Shown here piece after piece: positions 11,256 to 23,600 of a stretch of 64,000 nucleotides of DNA. Origin of the DNA: Macrostomum lignano (Eukaryota); NCBI GenBank assembly GCA_002269645.1, contig NIVC01000020.1:62001-126000 (forward strand). Direction: 5' to 3'. Each line of letters starts with the position of its first letter. Within the stretch, counting starts at the first letter, position 1. Made by a program: the position numbers and the translations under genes. Under the pieces are notes generated by a model. That model was not told the origin of the DNA and did no database searches. It saw only the letters and a list, made by a program, of their open reading frames with translations.

Positions 11256-14200
11256 CACGCCTCCCCTGAAGAGAGAGTTTGGTCAATGAAATATACCCTA
11301 AAAAATATTGATTTCCCATGAATCTATGACCCAACAGAAGTCCAAAAAAGCAATAGTTGAAATCCTATCGCATTGTCTGCATAGTGTACAGGTATGCTAA
11401 TTAGTACAGTGATTTTTAGTACCAGGTAGGTACTACAAGAAGAACAAGAAGGTCTGAGAGAACATGGCAACCATCCTGCAGCAACGAAAATGCTAAAACA
11501 AGGTAGAATTTACGTTTCTGTTCATTCTCTGTCACTTATGGTTCATTAATAGTATTTTTATTACCTGTCCATACCTGACTGAGATTAATTTACACATGGA
11601 GCTTGTGTTTTCCTAGTAACGTTTTCAATTTTTTAAAGTTTTTGGAGCAGTGAAGCGATAGACTGGCACTGAGAGTCAAAACAAAGCCAGTAACTATTGA
11701 AGAGAGAAAAGTTTCGCAAAAACAGAAAGCATAAGCAGAGGTCATTGGGAATTACAAGCTTATTTTGGCGGCAAATGACTACACGGGTAGAATAACTAGA
11801 GTAAAATAGCTAGAATAGTTGTTAAAGCTAGTACAATATTTAGTAAAACAGAAAGTTCTTGCAATTTGCGAAGACAAGCCTACAGAATTTCTGGAAACCT
11901 TGTGTGCTGCAGAATAAAAAAGACATGCATTGACTGATGTAGAGCAAACCCGAATTCAAGTTCCAGCTACTGTGATACAGTACCATTACATGTACTTCAA
12001 GCACTTCATTTCATAGAAGGCCTTAAAACCTGCGACAACTTTCTGCTTTACCCAATACAAACATACGAGTTTAGTGGGTTGTCAAAATACAAGCATTGAA
12101 TGTAACAGCAAAACCAATGTACTAACTACTAACTACTTTTTTCAACAGTTTACTTGTAGTTATCTTGGCAGTAGTAAATTGGAATTTGCAAGTTACAAGT
12201 TATGACATATTTGGCTCAGATGTGAAATGAATTATAGTTTATGATGGATTGCAGTAGACACGTGCTATACTGAGGATGATTTAGGGGGCGCTTATAGCGC
12301 TGCCAGGTGGCTTCGAAGTCACTGTGGGCTGATTCAACAGCCTGTTCACTGAAGCTGCCAAGCCCCTTGCCATACTTGCTGCAGAACGCTGGCACATGGT
12401 CAAAAAGCGCGTGCATCTTTGGCGTAACTGAAAGCTCGAGGTACCTACATGTCGTCTGGAAGCGAGCAATGTAGAGACTGTAATCATCTGCCAGACTTTG
12501 GCCAAAGCAAGCTTCGCGCACAGCGTTGAAGTCTTGAAGTGCTGTTGCGTAGAGCTTCAGGTGTGGAGGCAGCACGCTCCACAGCTCACTCGCCTTCAGA
12601 AGGAGCTTTTTGCACGCTGGGCCCTCCAGGCAACCTCCATGATACTGCTGCCTGCAGATGCCTGCTTCATAGGCCCACTCGTAGGCCTTGTTGCCACCCC
12701 AGCTTGCATTGAGAGCGTCAAGCAATCGGTTCACAATGCCAAGCATCATGTGCAGCTCTGGCGGTGGTACCACGTCCAGCAGTTCAGCAGAATCGCTCCC
12801 AGGTAGCAGTGGAGGCTGGACGCAGTTGGCAAAGTTTTTGGCTAGAGGCTGGTGTCCACCAGCTGCCTGAAACTCACTTGCCAGGTGTCGAATTGAGCCG
12901 AGCGTCCTCCTTTGTGCTGGTACTTCCCATGGAGGCCTGCCCTCACAGTACAGGCAGGGATGCGATGAAGAATGGCTCTGGATCCCGCTGATTATGTTTG
13001 CCAGTTTAAAATCGCAGGCCAACGTGAAGTTAATGGAGCTGATGTCGATGGTTGACATTAGTACACTAACGTTCTGGTAGCATTCTTTGACATCCTCAAC
13101 AAGGGCCAGGATGAGGATCTTTTTCACTCCAGAGTCCATAAATCGGTTAAATTGGGCAGACGAAGTGCATCCTCTGCCATCCACGGTAACGCTGACGCAC
13201 ACCTTTAAGGAATTGCCTCCTCCATCAATCGCAAGTTTCACTCTCTGGTGCATCTCAGCAGTGCCTCTCGAGTTACTGACATGCGCCAGAAAAGCGTATA
13301 CATCCCGGCAGAACACGACAGACCGTTTGATCACACACTCTTGTCCATTAGGCTGTTTGCGGAAAAACTGCCGCTGCTCAGCTGTAAAAAACTTGGCGAC
13401 ACTCTGACCTTCAGCAAACAGAAACTCCTTCAGCCCAGACTGCACGGCCTTTTTGCTGCCGGACGCTTCTCTGATCACTTGAGCCGCACGTAGCGTCTGA
13501 CTGGTGCTGAGGTTGAGTGCAGTCTTTACGGCTCGCATAGTGCTATGCTGGACCGACGCAATCTCGGTAGTTGATGTACCAGCCACTTGAACTTGGAGTG
13601 GGCGCCCACCTGTGCCAGAAGTCAGGCTTGCAGTTGCTAAGGAGCCAGAAGAGGTGGCTACACCCAGCTTCTCACGCAGAAGACCGCAGGCTACGTGCTC
13701 CCTTGAGTAGGGGCTTAGGGCATCAAGATAGCGCAGTTTTGCCGCCTGTCCACACTGGTGCCTCAATCCACGTGCCACTGGTGATGAGCACGTCTCACAG
13801 CGTTTGACGACACTGTCTTCCATCGGCCCAGGTGCCTTATTTGGAGGGCGACCAAGTGGCGTCGCAATACCAGCAGCAGACTCATCTGGCATGAAAGGGT
13901 GATATACAGCCACATTCTTGTTGGCTCTGCTGGAGCCCACATGGCACACCCAGCAGTTGCAATCGGGCGTTCGCGAGTGAGTGGCGGAAGACAGCGCAGA
14001 TCTGCAATAACTTGCTCGTAGGGCATTTTTGGCGGCAGAGGTGTTGGTGCAGGGCTGCTTTGTGACATCAGCTTGATTCTGCAGGAGTTGCAGATGCTTA
14101 AAGGCAGAAATCCACGATGGTCAGCGAAGCCTGGCAGCACATGGCATTCAATCAGCGCTTCAAGAGTGGCTGTCAGCGGTCGGTCTCCCTTCCGAAAGCA

Positions 14201-15152
14201 CAAGATGCACACACATCTTCGATTTTCTTCATGTGAGCGCTTGTTGTTTGGCATTGTTCTGGAGCAGCCAGTGTCGCGGTATTTTTTTATTATTCTTTCT
14301 TGTATTTCTACCTGCACGCTCAATTAGTCTTATATATTGCATGCATATTTATGTAGCTCATACGTACATTCCCCCAAATTATTGATCGCCCCACCCCATA
14401 TCACACTCAATCGTGTATTGTACGCTTTCACTCAGCTTATAAGTATCTCACTCAAATATACCCTTTTCATTTTCATAGCTAGTTGTCTCACTTACAGTAA
14501 CTTTAATTTCAGTAAAAGTTTAGTAAAAGTGTAGCAGCTGCTGCTTGCTATTTCTTTTTGTTCTGAAGAAAACACTGGAATTAACTTGTCTCCTAGTTCT
14601 GACTGCCTCATCATCTGGAGATGTCTGTGGGCCAAATAGCTTATTGAAACAGAAAGAAAAGTCTGCAGCCAGAATATTGAGTTCAATTTATTTTGAGCCA
14701 CGAGCATATACATGTAAATACGCTCGTACAATGATAAGTGTGAAGATACACGCCCTGGTGTGAATTCAGCACAATATAGTATGCAAAAACATAATTTTCA
14801 GGTGTACACAGGTATGGACAGGTAATCTAAATATACTAAATCTCTAATAAAAATACTATTAATGAACCATAAGTGACAGAGAATGAACAGAAACGTAAAT
14901 TCTACCTTGTTTTAGCATTTTCGTTGCTGCAGGATGGTTGCCATGTTCTCTCAGACCTTCTTGTTCTTCTTGTAGTACCTACCTGGTACTAAAAATCACT
15001 GTACTAATTAGCATACCTGTACACTATGCAGACAATGCGATAGGATTTCAACTATTGCTTTTTTGGACTTCTGTTGGGTCATAGATTCATGGGAAATCAA
15101 TATTTTTTAGGGTATATTTCATTGACCAAACTCTCTCTTCAGGGGAGGCGTG
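11256..15152 (-). mobile_element. Chapaev-type (CMC superfamily) DNA transposon, 3897 bp, apparently young
   Basis: Perfect 308-bp TIRs at 11256-11563 and 14845-15152 with CAC...GTG termini. 3-bp TSD TGC at 11253-11255 and 15153-15155. Internal transposase gene. Confidence 0.92.
12216..14254 (-). CDS. Chapaev-type DDE transposase (about 679 aa if one G is restored at 13965-13967)
   Basis: N-terminal Zn motifs H..RRCVCILC...ICNSC...DCNCWVC. Catalytic core AIDGGG, ACDFKL...HPCLYC, ELHMMLG, TPKMHALFDHV, SEQAVESAH. The two ORFs (13763-14323 and 12216-13949) join by a single -1 shift in a GGG run. Confidence 0.88.
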
Positions 15153-15390
15153 TGCCAGAACTACATTGTCATGAATTATTGACTTACCTTTGTCTACACT
15201 AATGACCCATTGATCTATACAAACACCATCAAGAGGTCGTGGGCCCATTTCAAGGCAAAGTTCCGGGTGATGCATGGCACTTCTGAAGCTTTGTTTGAAT
15301 CTCATCTCAATAAGTATCTCTGGCACTGGCTCTTTCCTAGAAAGGAGTTTGGCAACTTCCTATACTAGGTAGCTCATTATTACTGACTAA
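15153..15390 (+). mobile_element. Merlin/IS1595-like transposase relic; its left part lies at about 11190-11255 and is split off by the Chapaev insertion
   Basis: Removing the insertion gives one frame: FTGWPPYR...VMNY*LTFV...DPLIYTNTIKRSWAHFKAKFRVMHGTSEALFESHLNKYLW. This matches the ISXO2/Merlin pattern TDGW..Y...VNH..FV...HTNTIE..W...K...HG...HL.E..WR. Confidence 0.75.
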
Positions 15391-18117
15391 TTGACTTACT
15401 TGACACTTAAAGACACTTACCTTTTATCCTCCTACCATCTTTATGTTCTGAAATAAAAAAATGGTTAAATTAATTAAACGCAGTAAAGTAAAAGATTGCC
15501 AATGATCTAGGGGCCTATTAGTTTATAGTTTTGAGAGTCATACAAAGTCATACAAACTAGGCACCCCTTGCCCTGGCAATGGCACCCCTTCCTAAATAAT
15601 GGCACCTACTAAAGCCACACCCTCCCAAAAGAAAAACCCTGGCCATGGGAGTATAAGCTAGCTTCTAGTCTAGGACTTCTTGAACTAGGGTAGGCGGCGC
15701 GGCAGGTAGGCCTAGATAAAATTAATTCTTATGAAGAATGTCCCCCACCCTAAAATGCACAATTTCCCATGCCCTGGTTAGTGGCTTTAAGCTAAATATA
15801 GGGCTACTTGATTTAAATTAGGTCCCTATAAGCTACACCAAGAATGTCATGACTCAATGAATAAGGCTTAAATTTGAAATCAGCCTTATCAAAAGCCTCC
15901 AAACCAAAAGATACAAAAAGTCAAAAATCCTATCAAAAAAGCCTCTATTTTATCTACCTAAAGTTGAAGAAATTAATTGGCATCAAAGTATCATAGACAC
16001 AAGGTATCTGGCAAGTAAAGCCAAAACTTATAAGATTGACCTTCATATGTTACCTAACCTTTAAGTTCAACTAATTTACTAATCAATACTGGTAACTAGA
16101 CTCGCAACAATATAAATATTTTCAACATAGGTAATTAATATACGTAATATATTTTAGCCTTAATATGTCTCGTTCTTATTGCTGAATTCAGAAAGACAAA
16201 CCCATGGCCCATTGCAAAGCAAGCAAGAGTACGCGGGCCCCTTTGGCTTTTGAAGGACTGAGTTAGTCTTTTATTTTTTCCGGTTTATTTAAGAAAGCTC
16301 ATTTTAAACAAAGTTTGTTGCAACTGTTGAAAGTTCTTTTTATTTTTGTAAGTTTAAGCACTTAACGCACAGAAAATGAAAAAAAACATAGTTTAATAAT
16401 TAACTACATGTTATTGTAAATTAGCAATTATCGTGTTACCAAAAACGGTAAAAACCCTGAAGCCTGAGTAGTCCTGTCTAGAGCTCGAGATCTCAAATCA
16501 TTTTCCCTACCTGCCGGGATAATATGTATTGCTTACCAGTGATCTTAGGAATATTTTGTATCATAAAAACGAAATTCTTATATAGCCTGCATACCACAGA
16601 TGTTGCATAGATGCATGCCAGGCGAGGGAGCTGGGATCGATTTTTGGGGTATAAAAAATCGATATATAAAATAAATAAATGGGTATAATTTTGGTTAGAA
16701 GGTCTATAGTTCTTCGCTTTCGCCAATTTCAGTTAGGCGATTTTAAAAGTTTTAGTCAAAATACCGACAATAATGGGGCCGTCGATCAGAGCTCGACAGC
16801 TTGCCTTTATTATACAATATTTAAATGAGGAATACGATCTACTCAGTACCGGGCCTCGATAGCAAATTGCGCAGACTCCAGCATATCTAGACTAGTCGGG
16901 GACCCAGTTAATTTACAGTAAACAAGCCAGAATGCAATTGCCATGGGCTTCATGGCATGGGCTTCATATGGTACGGGAAAAAGTAATCATGTATAGGAGC
17001 CCAGTAATAATAATACTAATATAATAAAAATAATAATAAATATAATCCCTGCACCCATACTAAATGTCTTCATATATGGCAGTGTCTTCCAAATCCGCGG
17101 TGGCGCTGTCTCCCGATCAATTCAAGTAGTTACTTTTAAACGTACTGTAGAGATTTGCGTAAGTCCCGTTTCACAAGTCAGGTTTCGTTTGATAAGTTTG
17201 AGCGCTTCAGCCCTAAATCCGCGGGACCATACGCTATCATAAGTCTCATGTCATTTAAGAATTACACTTTAGATTGCTTAGTTTTGGGTGATGAATGTGC
17301 AGTTTTTTAGATTAAATTTGAAGTCTAGTTAGAAGTAGTCGAAATTGACCTCGACTTTAGCTCGCACGTAAGGGCTAAGGAAGATTCGGGTTATACTGTA
17401 GAGGGGAAGGAACGCAAAATACTCATAGTTATAAAGTCCTTTTCTTACGCTCGTAAAATGGCTTTGCGACAGAACCTCTTATTGGTGTCAATTCTTGATT
17501 AGATGAAAAGAGCTCAAACAAAATTGGAGGCCAAGGACTACTTAAGAAGTTACCGTTTTAACTTCGGTAATTTCATGATACATGTACATCGGTAACTTCT
17601 AGTGGCCCTTGGTGGAAAACACCGCAATGGTGCGTGGCAGCTTCCAGTTCCTAATCAATCACTTAATTCATCAATCTCTCGTCTACTCATTTTGATAATT
17701 TCTCTCGTTCTTCCGATAGTTTTGATAACTTACGAGATTGACCGCTAAAGAAAATTAAGAGTAGAATGATCGAAAGCAAGAAAACCCTTATTGTCGGAAA
17801 ATCAATTTAGGTTAGGGATTTTGGAGTTTGCCATTCGTTTGTGGTGACAAAATATAAGGACGACTGACTTCCATTGCTTGCTTTTATAGAGCTTTTTTCA
17901 AAAATTTTATTGTACTCATATTTCATCATCTATTCATGTGGCTGATCCGAAATTCTGCTTTTGTTGAATTTTCTGTAATTACTCGAATTACTCAAGCAAA
18001 CAACAATTTGTGTCTTCGGTCGAAGATCATATGCGGCAGATTTTGAGTTCAGGAGATTATAAAATACTCAATGTACAGCTGCTGTGAGCCTGTCTTGTAT
18101 TTGGTGAAATACTAATA

Positions 18118-19456
18118 GTAAACTGAGTAGGTAAGCTGAGCAGATGAACTGAGTGGGTAAACTGAGTAGATAAACTGAGTAGGTAAACTGAGTAGATAAA
18201 CTGAGCAGATGAACTGAGTGGGTAAACTGAGTGGGTAAACTGAGTAGATAAACTGAGTGGGTAAACTGGGCAGGTAAACTGAGTAGATAAACTGAGCAGG
18301 TAAGCTGAGCAGGTAAACTGAGTAGGTAAGCTGAGCAGGTAAACTGAGCAGGTAAACTGGGCAGGTAAACTGAGCAGGTAAACTGAGCAGGTAAACTGAG
18401 CAGGTAAACTGAGCAGGTAAACTGAGCAGGTAAACTGAGTAGGTAAACTGGGCAGGTAAACTGAGTAGGTAAACTGGGCAGGTAAACTGAGTAGGTAAAC
18501 TGGGCAGGTAAACTGAGCAGGTAAACTGAGTAGGTAAACTGAGCAGGTAAGCTGAGCAGGTAAACTGAGTAGGTAAGCTGAGCAGGTAAACTGAGCAGGT
18601 AAACTGGGCAGGTAAACTGAGCAGGTAAACTGAGCAGGTAAACTGAGCAGGTAAACTGAGCAGGTAAACTGAGCAGGTAAACTGAGTAGGTAAACTGGGC
18701 AGGTAAACTGAGTAGGTAAACTGGGCAGGTAAACTGAGTAGGTAAACTGGGCAGGTAAACTGAGTAGGTAAACTGGGCAGGTAAACTGAGCAGGTAAACT
18801 GGGCAGGTAAACTGAGCAGGTAAACTGGGCAGGTAAACTGAGCAGGTAAACTGAGCAGGTAAACTGAGCAGGTAAACTGAGCAGGTAAACTGAGCAGGTA
18901 AACTGAGTAGGTAAACTGGGCAGGTAAACTGAGTAGGTAAACTGGGCAGGTAAACTGAGTAGGTAAACTGGGCAGGTAAACTGAGTAGGTAAACTGGGCA
19001 GGTAAACTGAGCAGGTAAACTGGGCAGGTAAACTGAGCAGGTAAACTGGGCAGGTAAACTGAGTAGGTAAACTGGGCAGGTAAACTGAGTAGGTAAACTG
19101 AGTAGGTAAACTGAGCAGGTAAACTGAGTAGGTAAACTGAGCAGGTAAACTGAGCAGGTAAACTGAGCAGGTAAACTGAGTAGGTAAACTGGGCAGGTAA
19201 ACTGAGTAGGTAAACTGGGCAGGTAAACTGAGTAGGTAAACTGGGCAGGTAAACTGAGTAGGTAAACTGGGCAGGTAAACTGAGCAGGTAAACTGGGCAG
19301 GTAAACTGAGTAGGTAAACTGGGCAGGTAAACTGAGCAGGTAAACTGGGCAGGTAAACTGAGTAGGTAAACTGAGTAGGTAAACTGGGCAGGTAAACTGA
19401 GTAGGTAAACTGAGTAGGTAAACTGAGTAGGTAAACTGAGCAGGTAAACTGAGTAG
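18118..19456 (+). repeat. 13-bp minisatellite GTAAACTG(A/G)G(C/T)AG, about 103 units
   Basis: 1339 bp equals 13 x 103. The long minus-strand ORFs are repeat artefacts. Confidence 0.97.
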
Positions 19457-20605
19457 GTGAAAGTCTGAGTCTGCGCACATGGATGCAGCCGGAATATAAA
19501 ATTTATTTGCCATGGCCACCGTATAAAAAAGTATCCAAGTATCCAAATATTAATAAACACACAGCACAGCCAACTGCAAAATATTATATGAGTTATCAAA
19601 ACAATTCAATTACGTTGAGTGCAGCGAATGAGCTGGGGGGGGGGAGTAGAAATGAGCAGCTGACAATAATTTTCACCCCAGCGATCTTAAAGCAGTAGCA
19701 CGCCCGCCCAGTCTGATGTTTTCGACTGCAAAGGGTCTGAGAAAGCAAAGCAATTAATATTTTTTCAGTTATGCGCTTCTGGTGTCCAAGCCGACTTTTC
19801 CGTATCATTATAGCTGTGATGTTGGTAAAGATGGTCGGCACCTAGCGAGACACTGCTGAGCAGGTGCCACTGTCTCACCGCATTTTCTGCCTATTTGAAT
19901 ACTGCATATTTGGGTGTCTGTCTACGGACATATGATTCGAGCTCAGCCCCTGCGGCGCCACTGACAGACAGAATGAGCCACTATTGTTCAGTTTATTGCA
20001 GGGCGTCTATTCTTTTTTTAGAGCAAAACACAATAATATGAGCTATGTAGCAGTGGCACAATTGGCTGTCTTGAAAAAAACATCAACACCAAAATGAACT
20101 TCGGGCTGCATGGCTAGCAGCGGCTCCTGGAGGGGATGAAAAAAAACGAAAACTTAGTGCAGACACAGCCAAGAAAATAAAATTCTGTGTGATAATAATG
20201 GAAGCATATATCTCGCAGACTTCAGCAGCAGTAAGGGTTAGAAGCTAAGCATATAAATGTTATTGTTAATGTGTGCACTGGCAGCCAATTTTCAGCGATT
20301 TCAGTCAACCTTGCTCGTAGTAACGTTACGAGTTGCTTAAAAAAGTGAAGAATTAACTGTACAAAAAACTGAAAGCTCACTACTGAGCACTGTGATAAAA
20401 CAGATGCAGCAGCTTTGAGCATTCCAGAGGCTTTAGCAACGCTGCTCCAACTAAACCCATTCGCAGCAATTATAAAATGAAATCCGAGTGCAAAAAGAAA
20501 AAAAAGGAAAATTTAAGTTCAATAATCAATAAAAAGTGTACGGGTAACAAAAGTACATGACGCACTCACAGAGTAGTTGTCATGAAACGAAAGTTTATCT
20601 TTTCA

Positions 20606-23600
20606 TCACTTAAGCTCACGGTTTTCCTGTTCACCTGTGGGCGTGTTGTCAGTGGGTTGCTCTGGAGTTTTCCTGGGCAGCAGCGAGGTGAGGTACAGGT
20701 TCAGCGCCAGGTCGCTGCCCGCCAGGTTCGCATTGAAGCTGCCCAAACACCTGGGACACCTGGCCTCCAGCGTGTGTCCCGAGAACTCCGACACCAGGGA
20801 CTCCCTTTTGCACAGCGGGCACCCGTACTTGCATGTCTGCAGACCCTTCAGTGAGGCGAACAGCTTTTCAGCGACGCCCGGTCCGCGCTCTTTGAAGGCG
20901 GCTCTCTCGGCCTCAGTCAGCTGCTCCTCGGTCCAGAACACATCGATGAACTTCATCCTGAGCACGGCTGCGCTCTGCACTCTGAAGAAGCCGCCGTCGC
21001 CCCAGCCGGAGCCCACGAGTTCATCAGCCTCAGGCTGTGTCTGTCGAAGCTCATCAGCACCACCGCGTGTCCGAAAGTCTTCTGTGCAACGGGTCTTTGG
21101 CTGATGTCGATTTCCGACTTTGTGAGAATGCCTTCGGGATTCTGCTTGAAGAACTGCTTGAAGCTGCCCCACTCGCTCTTAGTGAGGTGGAACCTCGCCA
21201 CGACTGGCTGCTTGGCGATGACGGCGTCCAGCGCGGCTCTCTCATCGACCTCCTTGCACTGCAGCCGGTACTCCGGACACACTGTCCGCAGCACCTCGAC
21301 TGTGCGGGCTCTGCGCTGTCCGAACTGAGCGACGATCTCGTCTCTGAGCTGGAAGAAGTCTGGATATCCGCCGTCCCGACCCACAACCCTGAGCATGCTC
21401 AGGTGCATGACGGTCGCCGACGCGACTGCATAGCAGGTGAGCTCCGACTGTCGCTGCGGCTCGAAGCCCTCGTTGGCCCTGTTGATGTACAGGTCGAGGT
21501 CCACGTCGGCCAGCACGTCCGACAGCGCGTCCTGCGAGCACACGCAGCTCTTGGCGATGTCGCAGACCTCGTCGATGAGGTCGGGGTGATTGATCTGGAA
21601 GAACAGTCGGGTTTCATTGTTGTCGGTGTCGATTGTCCAGCCCTTTCGGGTGAACAGGGTTCTGGGGACCTTCTGGGTGGAGACTGTCGAAGCCATGTGG
21701 AACATAGTCTTCGCTGCTTTTTCCCACTCCTCGCAATCCGAGCTGTAGAGGCGACGCGGTTCACGCATGTCTGTCTTTGTAATGTAGCAGGATACAATTG
21801 TGACCTCTGCGTCCTGAAGTTGCTTCAACAGAGCTTTCTGGTCGAACCTTTTTAAATCGGCAGGTTCGCCGTCGGATAAAACGAATAAAAGTTTATCGTT
21901 CTTTCGTGTTTTGCAGACATGGCGTTTAAAAAGACCAATCGAGTTGTACATTGCCTCCATCAGCGGAGTTCCTCCGTAAATGTAGGGCTCCAAGGCTTCC
22001 ACCAGCTCGTCGATGTCCTGATCCGTCAGCTCCGTCTCGCCATCGGCGCAGGTGCGCAGAATAGTTTTGGCTTCCTTTGCACTGAATATGGACTTTTGCG
22101 ACATGTGAAGAAGTTGTTTAGGTGGAAACTGATTTTTCCATTTCTTTTTAATATAGTCTCTGCACTTCTGTACGACATCCCTCACGGACTCCTCAGTGGC
22201 TCCGCTCACACGACTGTCAGTAGATTTCTCTGCACCTTGAACAGCAGCAGCGGCTACACCTGCTGCGAGTGGCAGAGCTGCTCCTCCTGTTACCGGGACT
22301 GCTAACAATCCACCACCTATGAGTAAAGCTTTACCTATCGTTGCTCCAATTTTGGCTTTGGTCCATCCCCTCTTGGCCATTTCTGAGTCACGATTCTTAC
22401 ATTCTGCAGGAATGAACTCGTTCACGACTCTCTTCAAGAAGTCATTATTGGCTTCAAGCGCCTTGTAAATCTGTTTGGCGGCATCTAGAGTTACCAAATT
22501 TTGAAAGTCGATTTCGTGAAGCTTGTCGCTCAGCTTTGGCGAACCATTTTTTTCGAGTATTGATATAGCTTCCTTTACAATGTCTGCAAGTAGTCCCTGC
22601 CTGTGCTCATGATCCAATTCATTTTGCGTAAGCCTTTTGAGTTCTTTAATGGTTCTATGTACAGCCGCACTCGTTGCCGCGGTCTTCACTTCTTTTGCAA
22701 GAGGAATCTGAGAACAAAATCGTAAGTGTTCGTGATAGAAATCGGGAAAATCAATGTCCGCAAGAGCCGGTCCTTCATTATTATCCTTCCGCATTATCCA
22801 ACGGACTCCTCCTACTGCTGCTGCTGCTGCTGCAGCTTCTGGCATGAGCATTAGTGTGGCCCATGTTGGAGCTGGTGCAGCTATTTCTCTTACACTGCTT
22901 TGAATTTTCTGCTCAAATAATTCTTGCAATTTTTTACTTCGTCTCTTACATTCTTCAGGAATCAGTTTGTTTGTTGCCTTTTCCAAAAAGTCTTTATTAT
23001 TTTGAAGCTGATTCAGAATCGCAGCGGCACTGTCAAAGTTGACCATCTGGCCGATGTCAATTTCCATGAGTTCTGAACTCAGATCGGGAGCTCCGTTTTG
23101 CTCTAGAAGCTTTATTGCTTGGTCAATAAGGCTCTTCATTAGATAGGCTTTGCATTTTTCAATCACACGTTTTGCAGCATTGGTTGTAGCAGTTTTTTTC
23201 ACTTCATCTGAGGCACTCAAAGGCTGATTTAGTTTTGCCACGGTTCTCCGCGCACTGCTAGAAGGGTTTCTGCATTCGTCTGGAAGAAATTCCATGGCCA
23301 TTTTATGCCGAAAGTCTTCGTCCGTCTTGAGATGGTCAAGAATCTGATATGCAACGTGGAGATCCACAGCTTTGTGCATGATGTCCATTCTGCCCCAGAA
23401 TCGGATTTCTGTTGCACCTTCATTTTCTAGTATGGAGAATGCTTCATCAAATACTTCGACCTTTCCGGGGTAACTCCGCCACAGTTCGCGCACCCCCTGC
23501 ATTCTCACCCGGATGGCCTCGATTTCAGGTCTCCTTTCATCGAGCGAAGCGAGAATGTCAAAGACCACTGGGGACTGCGGAATGCCTTCCGCTCTATCCT

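Noticed and set aside
11564-12215. RAG2-like partner or RSS-like ends that would make the element a ProtoRAG
   Set aside because: No convergent ORF. The TIR starts CACGCCT rather than a CACAGTG-type heptamer, and the TSD is 3 bp rather than 5 bp.
13960-13970. Programmed ribosomal frameshift in the transposase
   Set aside because: No slippery heptamer. A one-base homopolymer loss explains it more simply.
18057-19599. Three 470-495-aa minus-strand ORFs
   Set aside because: They are translations of a 13-bp tandem repeat (13-aa period in all three frames), with no evidence of coding.
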